Positions 1-13,602 of a DNA stretch of 21,523 nt are shown here, one piece after another. Position 1 is the stretch's first letter. Each line of letters opens with the position of its first letter. The notes under the pieces are model-generated. The model was given only the letters and a program-made list of their open reading frames with translations, was not told the origin of the DNA and did not search any database. Both the position numbers and the translations under genes were made by a program. The stretch comes from Ginkgo biloba (Eukaryota; Plantae; Ginkgophyta). The stretch covers positions 168,658,788 through 168,680,310 of the forward strand of contig JANKJI020000004.1 in NCBI GenBank assembly GCA_024626585.2. Direction: 5' to 3'.

Positions 1-2837
1 AAATAAGAATCTGTAGTTATTTGCATTGGGAGATTTTGACTCACCCACTAAAATATAGACCAGAAATATAATAACATCTTGTTTAGAAGTATTGTGTCAT
101 TTTTTAGACTTATCATTATTTGTATACAAATTAATGAGGGGCATGCACACACATAAATATAGCAGTAAATCCTAATGTAATGATTGATTGGGTTGTAGCT
201 AAAGCATGATAATAGACCATTGCATCTCAAGGTTGTAGCTAAAGAACTTATTCCATATATGAATATATTTGTATAGTAAATGATGAATTGAAGGGTAGAC
301 ACAATAAAAGCCATGTTCATACATATGGTAGAAAATTAGGGACATCCTACAAAGGCTTTATTGAATGGATCTACAACCAAATTTTAATAATCTATTTTAT
401 AAGCAACGAAACACATTAATATTAATGCACAAAATCTATAATAATAAAGCAATTTCATGATTGAATAAAACCAATTATACTACAACATAAGCAAAATACC
501 TTGTAAGAATTAGTCACATAATTTTCACAATCTATAATTCATGTGAAATATGCTCCTCCATATTGTGTATGAACCTATAAGGAATGCAAATAATTCATAA
601 ATAACATACTATGATCTATATAGTGGGATAACAAACCAATACATACCTAAATAGTCAATATCAAAGAAGGATTACAAGTGAATTTCAAGAATCAATAGTG
701 GATTATAAATATCTATGAATGAATAATTCTATCATAGGGTTATAAATTATCAATTTAAGAGTTTATAAACTTCAAGCTATAGAGGGAGTCAGAATCTCGA
801 TATAATATCTCAAGTGAAAAAATAATTATATTTAAGTAATTATACACAAATGGAACTTTAACTACTAAATAACTCAAGAAATTAGTGAAAGAAAATAAAG
901 ATACATAAATTAAAAACCACGTAATGGAAAGGAAAAATGGAAACTATAAAAGAAACTAGATAGAGATAAATATAGGAACTCTATGTTGTCATGGGGTACT
1001 ATCCACCTATTCCCATCATAGTTCAAAAAACCTAGTAAAAGTTTGGTAGCCTTTTGATGTACAAGAATTTTTTTTCTCTCTCTTTTAATTGAAAAGAAAA
1101 TGATTTATACAATTGGGGAGAGGATGGTTACTCATAATAAGAAACTTTTTCCTCTCCCAATGAATCAAGTATAGTACATAATAGAATACAAAATATAATT
1201 TTCCCAATCCACCTACAACCATTATTCAAGTGTTTTATCAACTGATGAACTCGCTTGCATCCTAACTGTAGGTAACCTTGGTGTATCATAATGATGACTC
1301 GATCATTACTTCAACAAACTTATCACATGATAAAATTATAACTTAGCATGAAAGTATAATTATTTATAATTAATTATAATTAATACATAATATCACTTGC
1401 ATGTGATTCACAAATGGAGAAAATCTTATGAATGATGTGGCCATGTGGGCCCACCTACAAGTGAAGTGNNNNNNNNNNNNNNNNNNNNNNNNNNNNNNNN
1501 NNNNNNNNNNNNNNNNNNNNNNNNNNNNNNNNNNNNNNNNNNNNNNNNNNNNNNNNNNNNNNNNNNNNTCCCTATATGCAAAAGGATTCTAGGCAGATTG
1601 GATTAAGTGCAATCCTGCTACATGTGCCAAGGGATGATATAATTTGCAAGGATGTTGGCTACGAAACTAAATATATATGATACATATAACGATGTGACCA
1701 TAGCAAAGAATCCCATAAACAAATGAACTTAGCGAAGCTTTTGTTGAGGGTGTAGATTAATGACTTGACAATAATTTGCAAATCTATGTGTATGATTAGA
1801 TTCCAGACTCTTAGTATACTAGCATCATAGATCAATCCTAAGATTCCAAAGAATCACCCAACTTGATGAATGACTTGATACCACAATAATGTCACGGTTT
1901 CAATTGCTAGCTCGATCATAGAAACCAATGCCATATGTGGAAAGGGAGGCCACTTAACCCAAAATAGGGCAATGAGATAATAACTTGTAGAGTGATATTA
2001 CAAAATGAATTTTTAAAAATAAAAAGCAAAAAGGCACTTTTCATATGGGTAGTATCATTTTCAAACTCATTGTACTTTATAACATGGTAAAATAGAGAGA
2101 GGAAAGAGGATCCCAAATAGAACCTATAGGGGTGTTGTTCAAGGCAGGTCTTCAACTTTACATTTTATATTTATTTCATTTAATTTTATTATTTATATTT
2201 GTAATATATATATGGTTCTTATCGTGTGATTATACATAGGTGCACATCCCTATTTTGTGTTTTTATTTATATATTTTTTATTTAAAAATAATGGAAAAAA
2301 AATCTATAAGCCTTTTATCTTGAGCTTTGATTACGGTGAAAAGATTTTGATTCATAGGTTTTATGGAATGGAGTTATCCATGTGGATCTTAGTCATACTT
2401 TGATCCCCAAAAAATGACTAGGCTATTACAGAATTGATGGGACTTCGAGATGGTTTCCCGCTAGGGGATCACAAAAAGGGTTTTGAAANNNNNNNNNNNN
2501 NNNNNNNNNNNNNNNTTTGGGAAGCAAAAAAATTTTCTTAATTCGAATCAATCCAAAAGTCAAAAAGAGCAAAAATCCAAGTCCCCTAGTGAAAACCTCT
2601 TTAAGGCGCTATCAAATCAAAACAATCAAAATCAAGAAAATTAAGATGACGAACTCAACCTCCCCCCTGTGACAACACAATTGGAGGATGACTCTAACTC
2701 ATTTGTTAAGACAACTACTTTCAATCCTANNNNNNNNNNNNNNNNNNNNNNNNNNNNNNNNNNNNNNNNNNNNNNNNNNNNNNNNNNNNNNNNNNNNNNN
2801 NNNNNNNNNNNNNNNNNNNNNNNNNNNNNCATGGAAG

Positions 2838-2890
2838 ATACATGTATGTATGTCTGTATGCAACATATACATACATATATATCCGTATAT
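2838..2890. repeat. Low-complexity (TATG/CATA/TA) microsatellite-like tract
   Basis: tacatgtatgtatgtctgtatgcaacatatacatacatatatatccgtatat. Confidence 0.6.
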
Positions 2891-3379
2891 TTATTATGTT
2901 AATTTATGGTGTAACACAATTTAAACAGGTAAATAAATTTCCTAATACATTAGACATGACTCGTAGAATTGTACACAATGTAACCAACCATAAAAAATTT
3001 ATGTCTGGGCGTAGTGCGTGTGTGAAAGAAATTAATCCCTAACCTCGTCCAGCCATGGATTGACTGTATTTTTTCATTGAAAAGTAACAAATGCAGACAT
3101 AAATAACAAACAGCATTCCATAACCAAAGCCAACCAAACCCCTATGTAGCATATTGTTTTCCCAATGCTAATGCCAGACTCACTGCAAAAAACAAACAGC
3201 AATGGAGATCTTAACCACACTTATATTGCTGAGAGGTTCTGCTTAACCATCAGGAATACAACCATATTTGGCAAAAAGATTTGAAATGATGCTATCAATA
3301 CCAAACTTGTTATAAGAATTTACGACATTCGAATCATTTTTATGTTGCTGAGGGGTAGAAGCAGTGATTCAAGTTACTT

Positions 3380-3620
3380 GATAACAACAGACAGAAACAA
3401 AGGCCAAATTACACAGAGAGAAACCAGTGTAAATATTATATAATAGAATCCATATATAAATCGTCCATTATCAACATTGCAAACCAACGAGTATTGTGGT
3501 ATGCAAATTACTTGTCTTAATCCTCAAAACACGTCCATACCCAAAGCACACCATGAGAGAACTCTACTACCTATAACAATCGCAACTAGGATTATATTAG
3601 TAACATCAGCCAAATGAAAA
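3380..3620 (-). other. Probable alpha-tubulin 3' UTR / downstream flank (boundary approximate)
   Basis: U/G-rich non-coding sequence directly after the TGA. No poly(A) tract is visible. Confidence 0.55.
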
Positions 3621-4637
<1,017 letters not shown>

Positions 4638-4691
4638 GCTCTGATACCACTTTGTAGAAATTATTAGAGTGCACAACATTACACACACAAT
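4638..4691 (-). mobile_element. 3' end of a 5' LTR plus primer-binding site (tRNA-iMet) of an LTR retrotransposon
   Basis: Minus strand reads ...taatttctaCA (ends 4653) + AAG + TGGTATCAGAGC (4649-4638), a perfect plant iMet PBS 3 nt after a CA LTR terminus. The rest of the LTR is lost in the gap. Confidence 0.88.
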
Positions 4692-4791
4692 NNNNNNNNN
4701 NNNNNNNNNNNNNNNNNNNNNNNNNNNNNNNNNNNNNNNNNNNNNNNNNNNNNNNNNNNNNNNNNNNNNNNNNNNNNNNNNNNNNNNNNNN

Positions 4792-5208
<417 letters not shown>

Positions 5209-5421
5209 CTGAGATACAAGCCTGTTAAGGTTAGTGTATGTGGGACGCTCAATGTCCAAAGAACGGCGACAGATGTCGTAAATGGCCTCGTTATCCAGAA
5301 GCACAGCCACATCAGTGTGCTCTAACAGTGAGTGAGTTGAGAGCACACTGTTGTAAGGCTCCACCACAGATGTAGAGACTTGGGGAGAAGGGTACACTGT
5401 AAACCCTAGCTTGGATTTCTT
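5209..5421 (-). CDS. TUA: Alpha-tubulin exon 3, intact 3' part (about codons 163-233)
   Basis: Translates [71 protein letters not shown]. There is no intron at codon 176, and VSTSVV/LVSQ are class II-type residues. Confidence 0.95.
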
Positions 5422-5525
5422 TCCACATAAAGCCTTTGTAGAAACAAAGATCCCAGACCAGACCTAGAAGCATGGAAGACCAAGAAACCTTGAAGCCTAG
5501 TACAATTATTCGCAAGTTTTCTTCA
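5422..5525 (-). pseudogene. TUA: Degenerate 5' part of alpha-tubulin exon 3 (about codons 110-162) with three deletions
   Basis: Reads [33 protein letters not shown] versus canonical RKLADNCTGLQGFLVF(N/H)[23 protein letters not shown]. A candidate acceptor TAG is at 5528-5526. The exon remnant is 317 nt versus the canonical 371 nt, matching inferred deletions of 35+12+7 nt. Confidence 0.88.
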
Positions 5526-7828
5526 CTACCACAACAACAGTAAGCTCAACAACAAAGAACATGCATATNNNNNNNNNNNCACTAGTCGGATATCTCGTTG
5601 TAAAGTGAGCTTTCTTCAATCAGTGTTAGCTGCTTCGAGTTTATGGATGAAGACATGAGAGTTCCCGTCGGTTTCAATTGTTCCTCCTTTGTGCCAACAA
5701 TTCACTTCCTTCGTCGGTTTTCATTTTATTGCCTGCGTTGGTGGTTGTGACAACATCTCCCTCCGTCGGTGACTCGACTTCGTTCATACACAACGGCGCN
5801 NNNNNNNNNNNNNNNNNNNNNNNNNNNNNNNNNNNNNNNNNNNNNNNNNNNNNNNNNNNNNNNNNNNNNNNNNNNNNNNNNNNNNNNNNNNNNNNNNNNA
5901 AATATGGTGATTTGAAGAATGGGAATTTGTTCCCAACCTCCCCCAACCATGGCCCTATTAATTAATGTTTTTATATTTATAATATGGATTATGGCCTAAT
6001 GTTATAATACCAAATTATTTAATGTAATATTAAATTAGATAAGGGATGATTCATCATAGGTTTAGTCCCTAGGGTGACATATGGTGAGTGATTTTGGACA
6101 AGTGTCAAGTCCAAGAGTGGTAGTTACTAAATATATTATGTATATAAACAAGTATTGGGTCTTGTACAAACTAATTGAATGAGCTATTATGAGGGTATTA
6201 GTAGACTAATTCTACCAAAATTTTGGGTTATTATATCTATGATTATTTATTCATTTTTTATGGTGTTATATAAATTATAATATCAATTTTTAATATTTTC
6301 TATTAGAGATATGAGTAATCCTTAGCCCGATTTTAGAATCTATTGTGTTAAGGTGGATTTAATGATAAATTCATTATTATTCATGAAACTAAGTTTATTT
6401 TTTGTTAATTTTGGGCTTGAACTAAAGGAGAAACTTTGTGCAATAATGATGAGGATGAATTTAGTCATTGTTCATAGCTAATAATAAGAAGAACATTTAA
6501 AAATATGAAACCATGAGAAGGACGTTAAAGTTTTTTATATTTCAAGTGATGAAGGATGAATAAACATGGAGAGAAAATATTAATTGCTGTATGTAGAGAA
6601 TTTTGAGCTTGACCATGGGAGACGAGTCTATGGAACAATATAGCACAAGTGAATTGAATGAGAAATCCTGGTGTAGAGAAGTGTTGTGGAGAGAACATGT
6701 GGCATGAATATATTGAGAGGTATTATTATAAATGATTGGAGAACTCGGTGTGTTGAGAAATATTAAGAAACACCCATGGTTGTGAGGAGAGATGACCTAT
6801 TGGAAGAAAAGAAGCCTCATGGAGAACATAGATAGAAAGACATTAAGTAAACATCTATATAAAAAATAAATAACACATAAAGGAGCATGCAGTTGTTGTT
6901 AATGCCTAAATAAGTTGGAACTAACATTGAGCAAGAAGAAGAGACCATTAAGAGGCTATAGAAGGAGGTGCATGGAATATTGTTAAGAATCGAATGGAAT
7001 CAGAGACATTAAAATTCTTATAATCTGATCAAAATTGACAGGTGAATGAACATCGTTGATCATTGCCAGGGGAGAAATATTGGGGGGAAAAGGAGGATTC
7101 AAAGCCACTATGTGAGCCATGATCTATTGTAGGAGTCAAATGCCATACACAAACACCATCGCAGGCAGGTGAGGCAAGTAAAACAACTATAGAGCATTCA
7201 CAGTTGGGAGTCATGAGGCTAGTGGCAATGAACACAGAAGGCCAAATGCTAAAGAAAAATCTATGCAACTCCATCGATAAATAATTTGATAACAGAGCGA
7301 GTCAATTTTATTTAAAATCTATGATTTTTTTTTATTTAGAAGGCAAAAGAGTGCATCGCAAGCGCTAAAAAATAAATAATATATATATTTTAAATATCCT
7401 AAGTTTCTAACTTTAGGTAAAATAATTATTAAAAAGTGTTAAACTAGTCAAGCCTCTAATCATGTGCGAAGAAAGGGCTAATTGTGTTTCTAAAGCCTAT
7501 AAGAGTCTTTTTCAAATTATGAAAAGATAATTGTGGATGCTTTTTTATTCTCTTTCATCTTGAAGAGGTCATATGGTCAGATACTGATNNNNNNNNNNNN
7601 NNNNNNNNNNNNNNNNNNNNNNNNNNNNNNNNNNNNNNNNNNNNNNNNNNNNNNNNNNNNNNNNNNNNNNNNNNNNNNNNNNNNNNNNTCCTGGATGAAC
7701 TAGCAATACGCTTGGGGTTCAAAATGAACTTTTTTCCTTAACTGCATAATTACTATAAATTTTAAAAGTTTTAGGATGCCTCTATGGAGGTCACCTTGTA
7801 TCAAATTCATTTAGTATAGGGTATAATA

Positions 7829-7915
7829 GCATGGATAACTCATAGGCTGTAAAAAATAAAGCATGGATAAATCAAAGGCTACGAATATATAACATGGTGG
7901 ATAACATAGAGGTTG
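7829..7915. repeat. Degenerate ~32-bp tandem repeat (about 3 units) just inside the PBS
   Basis: gcatggataactcataggct (7829), gcatggataaatcaaaggct (7861), acatggtggataacatagaggtt (~7892). Confidence 0.6.
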
Positions 7916-7983
7916 AATTACTGAGACATAAAATACTAATAATAGGAATCAACTGGTTAAAGATTTTTAAAGCTCATAACTTG

Positions 7984-8300
7984 GCTCTAATACCAATTGA
8001 TAAGAAGTCAAAGCAAAACAAAGTACGACAAATAGAAGACTATAAGCTTTAGGTTCGAATTAAGGAATTATAGGAGAAAGTAAATGCAAGAACTAAGACA
8101 ATGAGACTTGTGTCAAATCAAATCTCTATAGACTCTTAATTAGCCAACTCTCACCAAAGAGAGAATAAGATGATTACATGCATTTATAGGAAAATTAATA
8201 GCTCTGAATAATCATGTTATTCCTAAGTTAGAACATGCTATTGATATTACTTCCCTTAATTTGTTAACAATTTTGAAAGTAACAAATCTCTAATTAGTAA
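7984..8300 (-). mobile_element. Decayed 5' LTR plus iMet PBS of a second LTR retrotransposon
   Basis: Minus strand reads ...cttatCA (7999-7998) + AT + TGGTATTAGAGC (7995-7984, one C>T from consensus). A TATA-like CCTATAAATG lies at 8190-8181. The LTR 5' boundary is uncertain. Confidence 0.7.
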
Positions 8301-8419
8301 GTAATCCTATCCTCAATAGATGGTGGAAAAAGCATGTACACCCTACATCCAATTATAAGATAGATAATTCAATAATTACTTAGCCTAAACTAGTCTGTTG
8401 CCTATGACAAATAATTATC

Positions 8420-8776
8420 ACAAGTAATTATTTCTCTTGAAGACTGTAGCACCTCATTCCATAATTTAACAAAAGGACAAAATATATGTTCTTATAACAC
8501 TTGGATTCACCAAAATAGAATTGCTTGAATTTCCTATTTGGTTTCGAACTAATATTTGTAGGAAAATAAATAAAGCCACTAGAATATTTTTTAATTTTTT
8601 CAAATAAATATTTTTAGCATCTGCACATAAGAAAGTTTGAGGAAAAGGTGTCACTTACTATTTATGGAACCCACTTTTTGTATCTAAAATTCTAAGTCAA
8701 ATATTCCTATCGTTTTCATATTCTAAATCTTTTTTGGATGATGCTCATAGCTCAGAAGATAAGGGTGAAAACATGT
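8420..8776 (-). mobile_element. Possible highly decayed LINE (L1-type) ORF2 remnant, region C-terminal to RT
   Basis: Broken frames read HPKK..IGIFDL.., LCA(Q)MLK..YL and FVKLWNEVL, loosely resembling plant L1 PK..GGLGI.DL / LW..L..KY / WN.L motifs. Many stops. Confidence 0.25.
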
Positions 8777-8796
8777 NNNNNNNNNNNNNNNNNNNN

Positions 8797-9686
8797 ACTA
8801 CATAGGCTACTAAAGAGGATAAACAAAAAATAGGACCCAAAATTCACTAGTCACTTCTAGCAGGAGTTGTTTAGACTAGTAGGGAATTAATTCAACATAA
8901 GTATGGCCTACCATCCACATATATATGGTCAATATAAGATAATAAAAAAATACCTCATAGGATACCTAAGAGCATACGTAAGTGACCAAAAAAAAGGCCA
9001 GATAAAATGTTTACACCTTGTCGAATACTAATACGATACTATATATGACTATCCAAAAGGAATGTATCCATTCAAAGAATAATATGGATCTGATCTACCA
9101 TGCATAAAATATCTCACAAAGGAAGAATTAAGATTCCTAATGGCATACAATTTAGTTTTTAAAATGTAGGAAGTTATAAAATCTTAAAAGATAACCTAGA
9201 CACAACACAAAACCATATGAAGTAGTAGATTGATAAAGGATGGAGTGAATGAAGTTTCAAAGTTAGGGATATGGTATTCATACAGTTGTAACCCTACAAG
9301 AATAAAAATATAAAAGATAATGGAAAATAAGTTATAACCTGGGTTTTATGGTCCATACAAGGAGGTTGCATATACTATGGATCTTCCAAATAGAGGGAGA
9401 ATACACAACGTGTTATGTTTTTCTTTCCTAAAAATATATCTAGCAAATAAGTGGTCCCATAAATAAAAATTCCATAAGTATATGATGAAGGACGAATAAT
9501 TTTTCAAGATGGAAGAAATATTAAAAATACCAATGAAGGACCCAAGAAGAAAATAAATAATGGATTATAATATAAAGTGGAATAACTTGCCTGATGAAGA
9601 TACTAGATACGAACCAAAATAATTCAATAAGTAGAATCCATAGCTTCCTATTCTTTGAGGTTGAATCATTTTGAGTAGGGAGGGAA
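8797..9686 (+). mobile_element. Ty3/gypsy chromovirus (Reina-like) pol 3' end: integrase core, GPY/F region, chromodomain and PPT; pseudogenised
   Basis: Broken frame reads LHRLLK..DPKFTSHF*QELFRLVG..MAYHPHIYGQ..GYLRAYVSDQ..FKVRDMVFIQL*PYK..FYGPYK..AYTMDLP..IHNV..YNIKWNNLPDEDTRYEP..IL*G*..RGGN. The purine tract GGGAGGGAA is at 9678-9686. Confidence 0.9.
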
Positions 9687-10140
9687 TATTATGTTCCTAA
9701 ACACAAGCTAGATCTAAAATAAGATTTAGGAGGTGAAACCCTAAAGCTAAGGTCTAAAAGGGACTTTAATTAACCTTAATTGGAACTAATTAAGGGATTA
9801 TAACTAAGTATCCAAGTTTAGTTAGCTAAAATGTCTTTAAGAATAAAAGAGATACCTCTTATCTAAGTGTTATGACTCTTGAACTAAGGCACCTTAGTTT
9901 TAAGTATAAAAGGGCCTTAGTTCATAGTTTTTCCTCATGTATTAAGGAGAAAGGGAAATATGTATCTTAATTCCTCTACCTTGAAATGTGAGTGGACTTG
10001 ATATTTTATGCCTTTTAGTAAAAACTTATTTCTTATTGATATGGTGCTTAACTCTTTCTTGTTATACTTATTTCATTTTGTATTATGATTAGATGACTGT
10101 TTTATTACTTTTCTTTTCTTGAAATGAAGCTTTTATATCA
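9687..10140 (+). mobile_element. 3' LTR (~454 bp) of the Reina-like element
   Basis: Starts TATTATG (decayed TGTTATG) right after the PPT, contains TATAAAAGGG (~9905) and a U-rich tail, and ends ...TTATATCA at 10140 (imperfect terminal inverted repeat). Confidence 0.7.
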
Positions 10141-10539
10141 TAGAAATGTATAGAGTACAAGAAGGGAATCGAATATGGTCCTTAAAGAACAAAATTGGCC
10201 ATCAATAAAAAAAAGATAAGAAGTAGTTACAACTACAATACTAAAATATACACTTAAATAGTTTCCCACATATGGGTCCCACATCTANNNNNNNNNNNNN
10301 NNNNNNNNNNNNNNNNNNNNNNNNNNNNNNNNNNNNNNNNNNNNNNNNNNNNNNNNNNNNNNNNNNNNNNNNNNNNNNNNNNNNNNNCTAATGAATGGCA
10401 CTAAGGTACAATTACACTAGTGAAATAAAATGAAATTAAATGAGGATGTGAGATTTAGGTGTCTACACTCAGAATATTTGAGATGGCAACACGTGTCACA
10501 TCCATGTGTGCCTAGAAGCCCACAAGCCAAACGTAGGAA

Positions 10540-11100
10540 AGTGATGTTCAAAAGGGCCCAAGCCCTGGGTTCACAAGATTTATCCATGCATTAAGATCTC
10601 ATGGGCCTATGGACAATGAAGTGAAACAAAAGGAAGCACAACCTCAAAAGGCTGCGGTAGCACCATGTGTCAACAATTCATGCCCTTTTTCTCCCATAGG
10701 ATTTAGGGAATTTCAAAGTAAATTCAAGGGTCGTGGGCTCAAGGAATTCAATGATTCACCACATGTCATCATCCAATGTTCTCCCATAAGGCACAATTCA
10801 AAGGTATTTTGTAGGTGGAAGTTGCGGTAACCTTATGAAGTCTAAGATCATACCACATGGCATGATCTTGCACCACCCTCACTCACCATCAATTGAGAGT
10901 CCATTAGGGGTGTGAAAAGGTACTGTGAGGCCCAAGATCTATGGTTGTGCCATGTGTTCAACATTCATATAATATTCCTCCTACAATGATTTGAGACTTT
11001 GGATAAGGTTCAAAAGGTTGTGGGGTTTAAGGATCACAAAATAATGCCACGTGTAAATACCTTGTGAGATCTTACATTTAAATGAGAACACTGTGCATAG
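10540..11100. repeat. Degenerate tandem array, ~97-bp period, about 6 units, probably in a retroelement non-coding region
   Basis: An anchor motif CCAYRTG(T/G) (first copy degenerate) recurs at about 10561, 10661, 10757, 10851, 10948 and 11045, with spacings 100, 96, 94, 97, 97. Recurring tctcccata and ttcaa(a)agg..gtg(g/a)gg blocks accompany it. Confidence 0.7.
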
Positions 11101-11495
11101 GAACGGGATTCGAGATCACTTGGAGTAGCTCCAGCAAATCTCATTTCTAAGAACCTCATGGAGGATCATCCTTGACCTCTAGTAGATATGGATTAGAAAT
11201 GATTAAAAATGAGAGCGCAAGCCACTAGGTAATTAAAGGGAATATCACCCCTTTCTGAATATATTCTCCCACTACTCTGATCGATTTGTGCAAGGAGGAA
11301 GAGATAGGAGATCATGGGCAATAACATAATTATGATCAATCATGATAAATAGTGAAGGCTAGCCCGATAATACCCTAGTGGGACATGCACAGTTTGGCTT
11401 TATGCAGAGGGTAGGGAATGAGACTACGAGAGAAGTTAGCGTCTCCTCCTTCANNNNNNNNNNNNNNNNNNNNNNNNNNNNNNNNNNNNNNNNNC

Positions 11496-11899
11496 AATGA
11501 ATATGAATTGGTGATGATCTTTCTCTCTGTCTGTGTGTGATCCTCCACATGTGTATAAAAGTTATCATTCGCAGTAAAGGATTCACTATTAGTTACCTGG
11601 GCCTAGGAGATGGTTGGAGGCCATCTATAAAAGGAAGGATTTTTTATGTAGGAGGGGTTGGTTCAGAGGTTCTAGAACCAAATTTTGGAAGATAGTTTTA
11701 TTTATGTTTGTAGTAGTGTGTAGAGCTAGATATTGGTCAACGAAGACCATTGTAGTTGCCCCAACCGTGGGAGATTTTTGGGAGAACGATAATATAGTAG
11801 CAGGTAATCTTCTTTTTGCATTCATCTCTAACCATGCCATGATGCTTGCAACAAAATGTTCTGCTACATATAGGTAAATTATCAAGTAACCTCTTTTTA
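11496..11899 (+). mobile_element. Probable LTR promoter/R region fragment
   Basis: CTATAAAAGG at 11625-11634 is followed by G/T-rich non-coding sequence typical of plant LTRs. No termini are visible. Confidence 0.35.
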
Positions 11900-11999
11900 N
11901 NNNNNNNNNNNNNNNNNNNNNNNNNNNNNNNNNNNNNNNNNNNNNNNNNNNNNNNNNNNNNNNNNNNNNNNNNNNNNNNNNNNNNNNNNNNNNNNNNNN

Positions 12000-13300
12000 C
12001 TTTGGCTATATTGTTCTTAGTGTCCACTTCTTCATCCCATCTTGTGCAATAACTAGTAGGAGTTAGCATGAATTTGTGTCCTTCAGAGGAGTTAGGATTT
12101 ATCACTCCATTAAACTCCAAGCCCCATTGGGTAAAAGGTATGCCTTCTATAACTGACTGTAAGGGAATTGTTATGTGATTTTACTTCTTAGAAAAGGTTT
12201 GGCATAGATGATAGGTCCTAACANNNNNNNNNNNNNNNNNNNNNNNNNNNNNNNNNNNNNNNNNNATCCTACCCTGAGGATTTTATGAGTAGTGGTATTA
12301 CCTAAAGGATGTCCACTTCCCAGCCTTTCAAGAAAAGAATGGACATTATATGAGTGGCTTCTTCTCTTATAATGCATATGAGGTATATCCTATGGTAATT
12401 CCTTTTATACAAAACCACTCTCTTGAGAATGTATTAAGATTCCTTAAGATTTAAATCTCTCCTTTGGACCTTATCANNNNNNNNNNNNNNNNNNNNNNNN
12501 NNNNNNNNNNNNNNNNNNNNNNNNNNNNNNNNNNNNNNNNTTGGCCTAATCCACTTGGAAAGCAGTGATTCTGGGATCCACTTCTACGATAGTCTTTACT
12601 AGGCCTTAGCCTCTCACTATCTTGGTCGATTCGATCTCGATATCAAACTACTGTAATTTTTTCATCCATTTTCTTCTTCTTTCTCCCAATTCATTTTGCC
12701 TCAACATAAGCTTGACTACAAGATCGAACATAATAGTATGGACCTTATTTTTGAGGATATAGTGCCTAAACTTCTTAACAACCTTTACCAGAGCATAAGA
12801 TTATTTGTCCAATGCTGAGTAGTTCAACTCAACCTCCTTCAAGTTAGTGCTCATGAAATCTATGGGATATTCCCCAGATGTATCTCTTTGTGTAAGGATT
12901 GCTGCAACTGTATAACCATAAGTAAATGAGTAGATGTAGAAATCTTGATTAAAATTGGGATTGACTAGGACTAGGGCCTATATGATTGTTGTCTTAATTT
13001 CTTGAAACACAGGCTTAGCCTAAGGGGTCCATTCTATCTTGGCCTCCTATTTCATCATAGCATTGACGGGTCTAACTATGTTAGTAAATCCAGAAATGAA
13101 TTTCCTAACAAAGTTAATCTTCCCAAAGAATGATTTTAGCTATTTTTTACTCTTAGGAAGAGAAATCTTTGAGATACCTTGAGCTCTACTAGGGTCAACA
13201 ATTATACCTTCCTTGGTGATGATATGCCCTAGTAATTTACCCTCTGTGACAACAAAAACACTCTTCTTAGGATTGATAGTAGACACCTTAAATCTTCCAC
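12000..13300 (-). mobile_element. Ty3/gypsy non-chromovirus (Tat-like) pol fragment: RT C-terminus, RNase H, integrase zinc finger and start of core; pseudogenised
   Basis: Reads NPKKSVFVVTEGKLLGHIITKEGIIVDP..LKSFFGKINFVRKFI..PNFNQDFYIYSF..ELNYSALDK*SYALVKVVKKFRHYIL..KWMKKLQ*FDIEI..KIVRG*GL, then GSGHPLGNTTTHKILRVG and INPNSSEGHKFMLTPTSYCTRWDE. It has multiple stops and frameshifts. Confidence 0.92.
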
Positions 13301-13602
13301 TTTAATCTATTACTAATTAATCCATCCTAAGCCTATACTAAAGCCACTACTCTAATCACTAAAGCCTACTTCCTGTTTAAATGCACTAACATCATCTTTT
13401 GAGTAATTAGCTAATTAATCATTATTAATTAACTAATTCTCTCTTAATTAGTTTCATGCACCTAAATCTATCTAAAAAATAAAAAAGCCCCAAATCCCCA
13501 AAAATAAAAAAAACATCCTAAATCTATCTAATAAAAAATCCATGCAAAAAGAAAAATCAAAAAATAAAAAGAGAAACTTTCATTATTCATTGGTGGAGAG
13601 GT

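Noticed and set aside
191-244. 14-bp direct repeat GGTTGTAGCTAAAG at 191 and 231 (CRISPR-like spacing)
   Set aside because: Only two short copies in eukaryotic repeat DNA, so it is not an array.
5580-5590. CACTAGT as a CACTA transposon terminus
   Set aside because: It lies at a gap edge, with no matching inverted terminus or convincing subterminal repeats.
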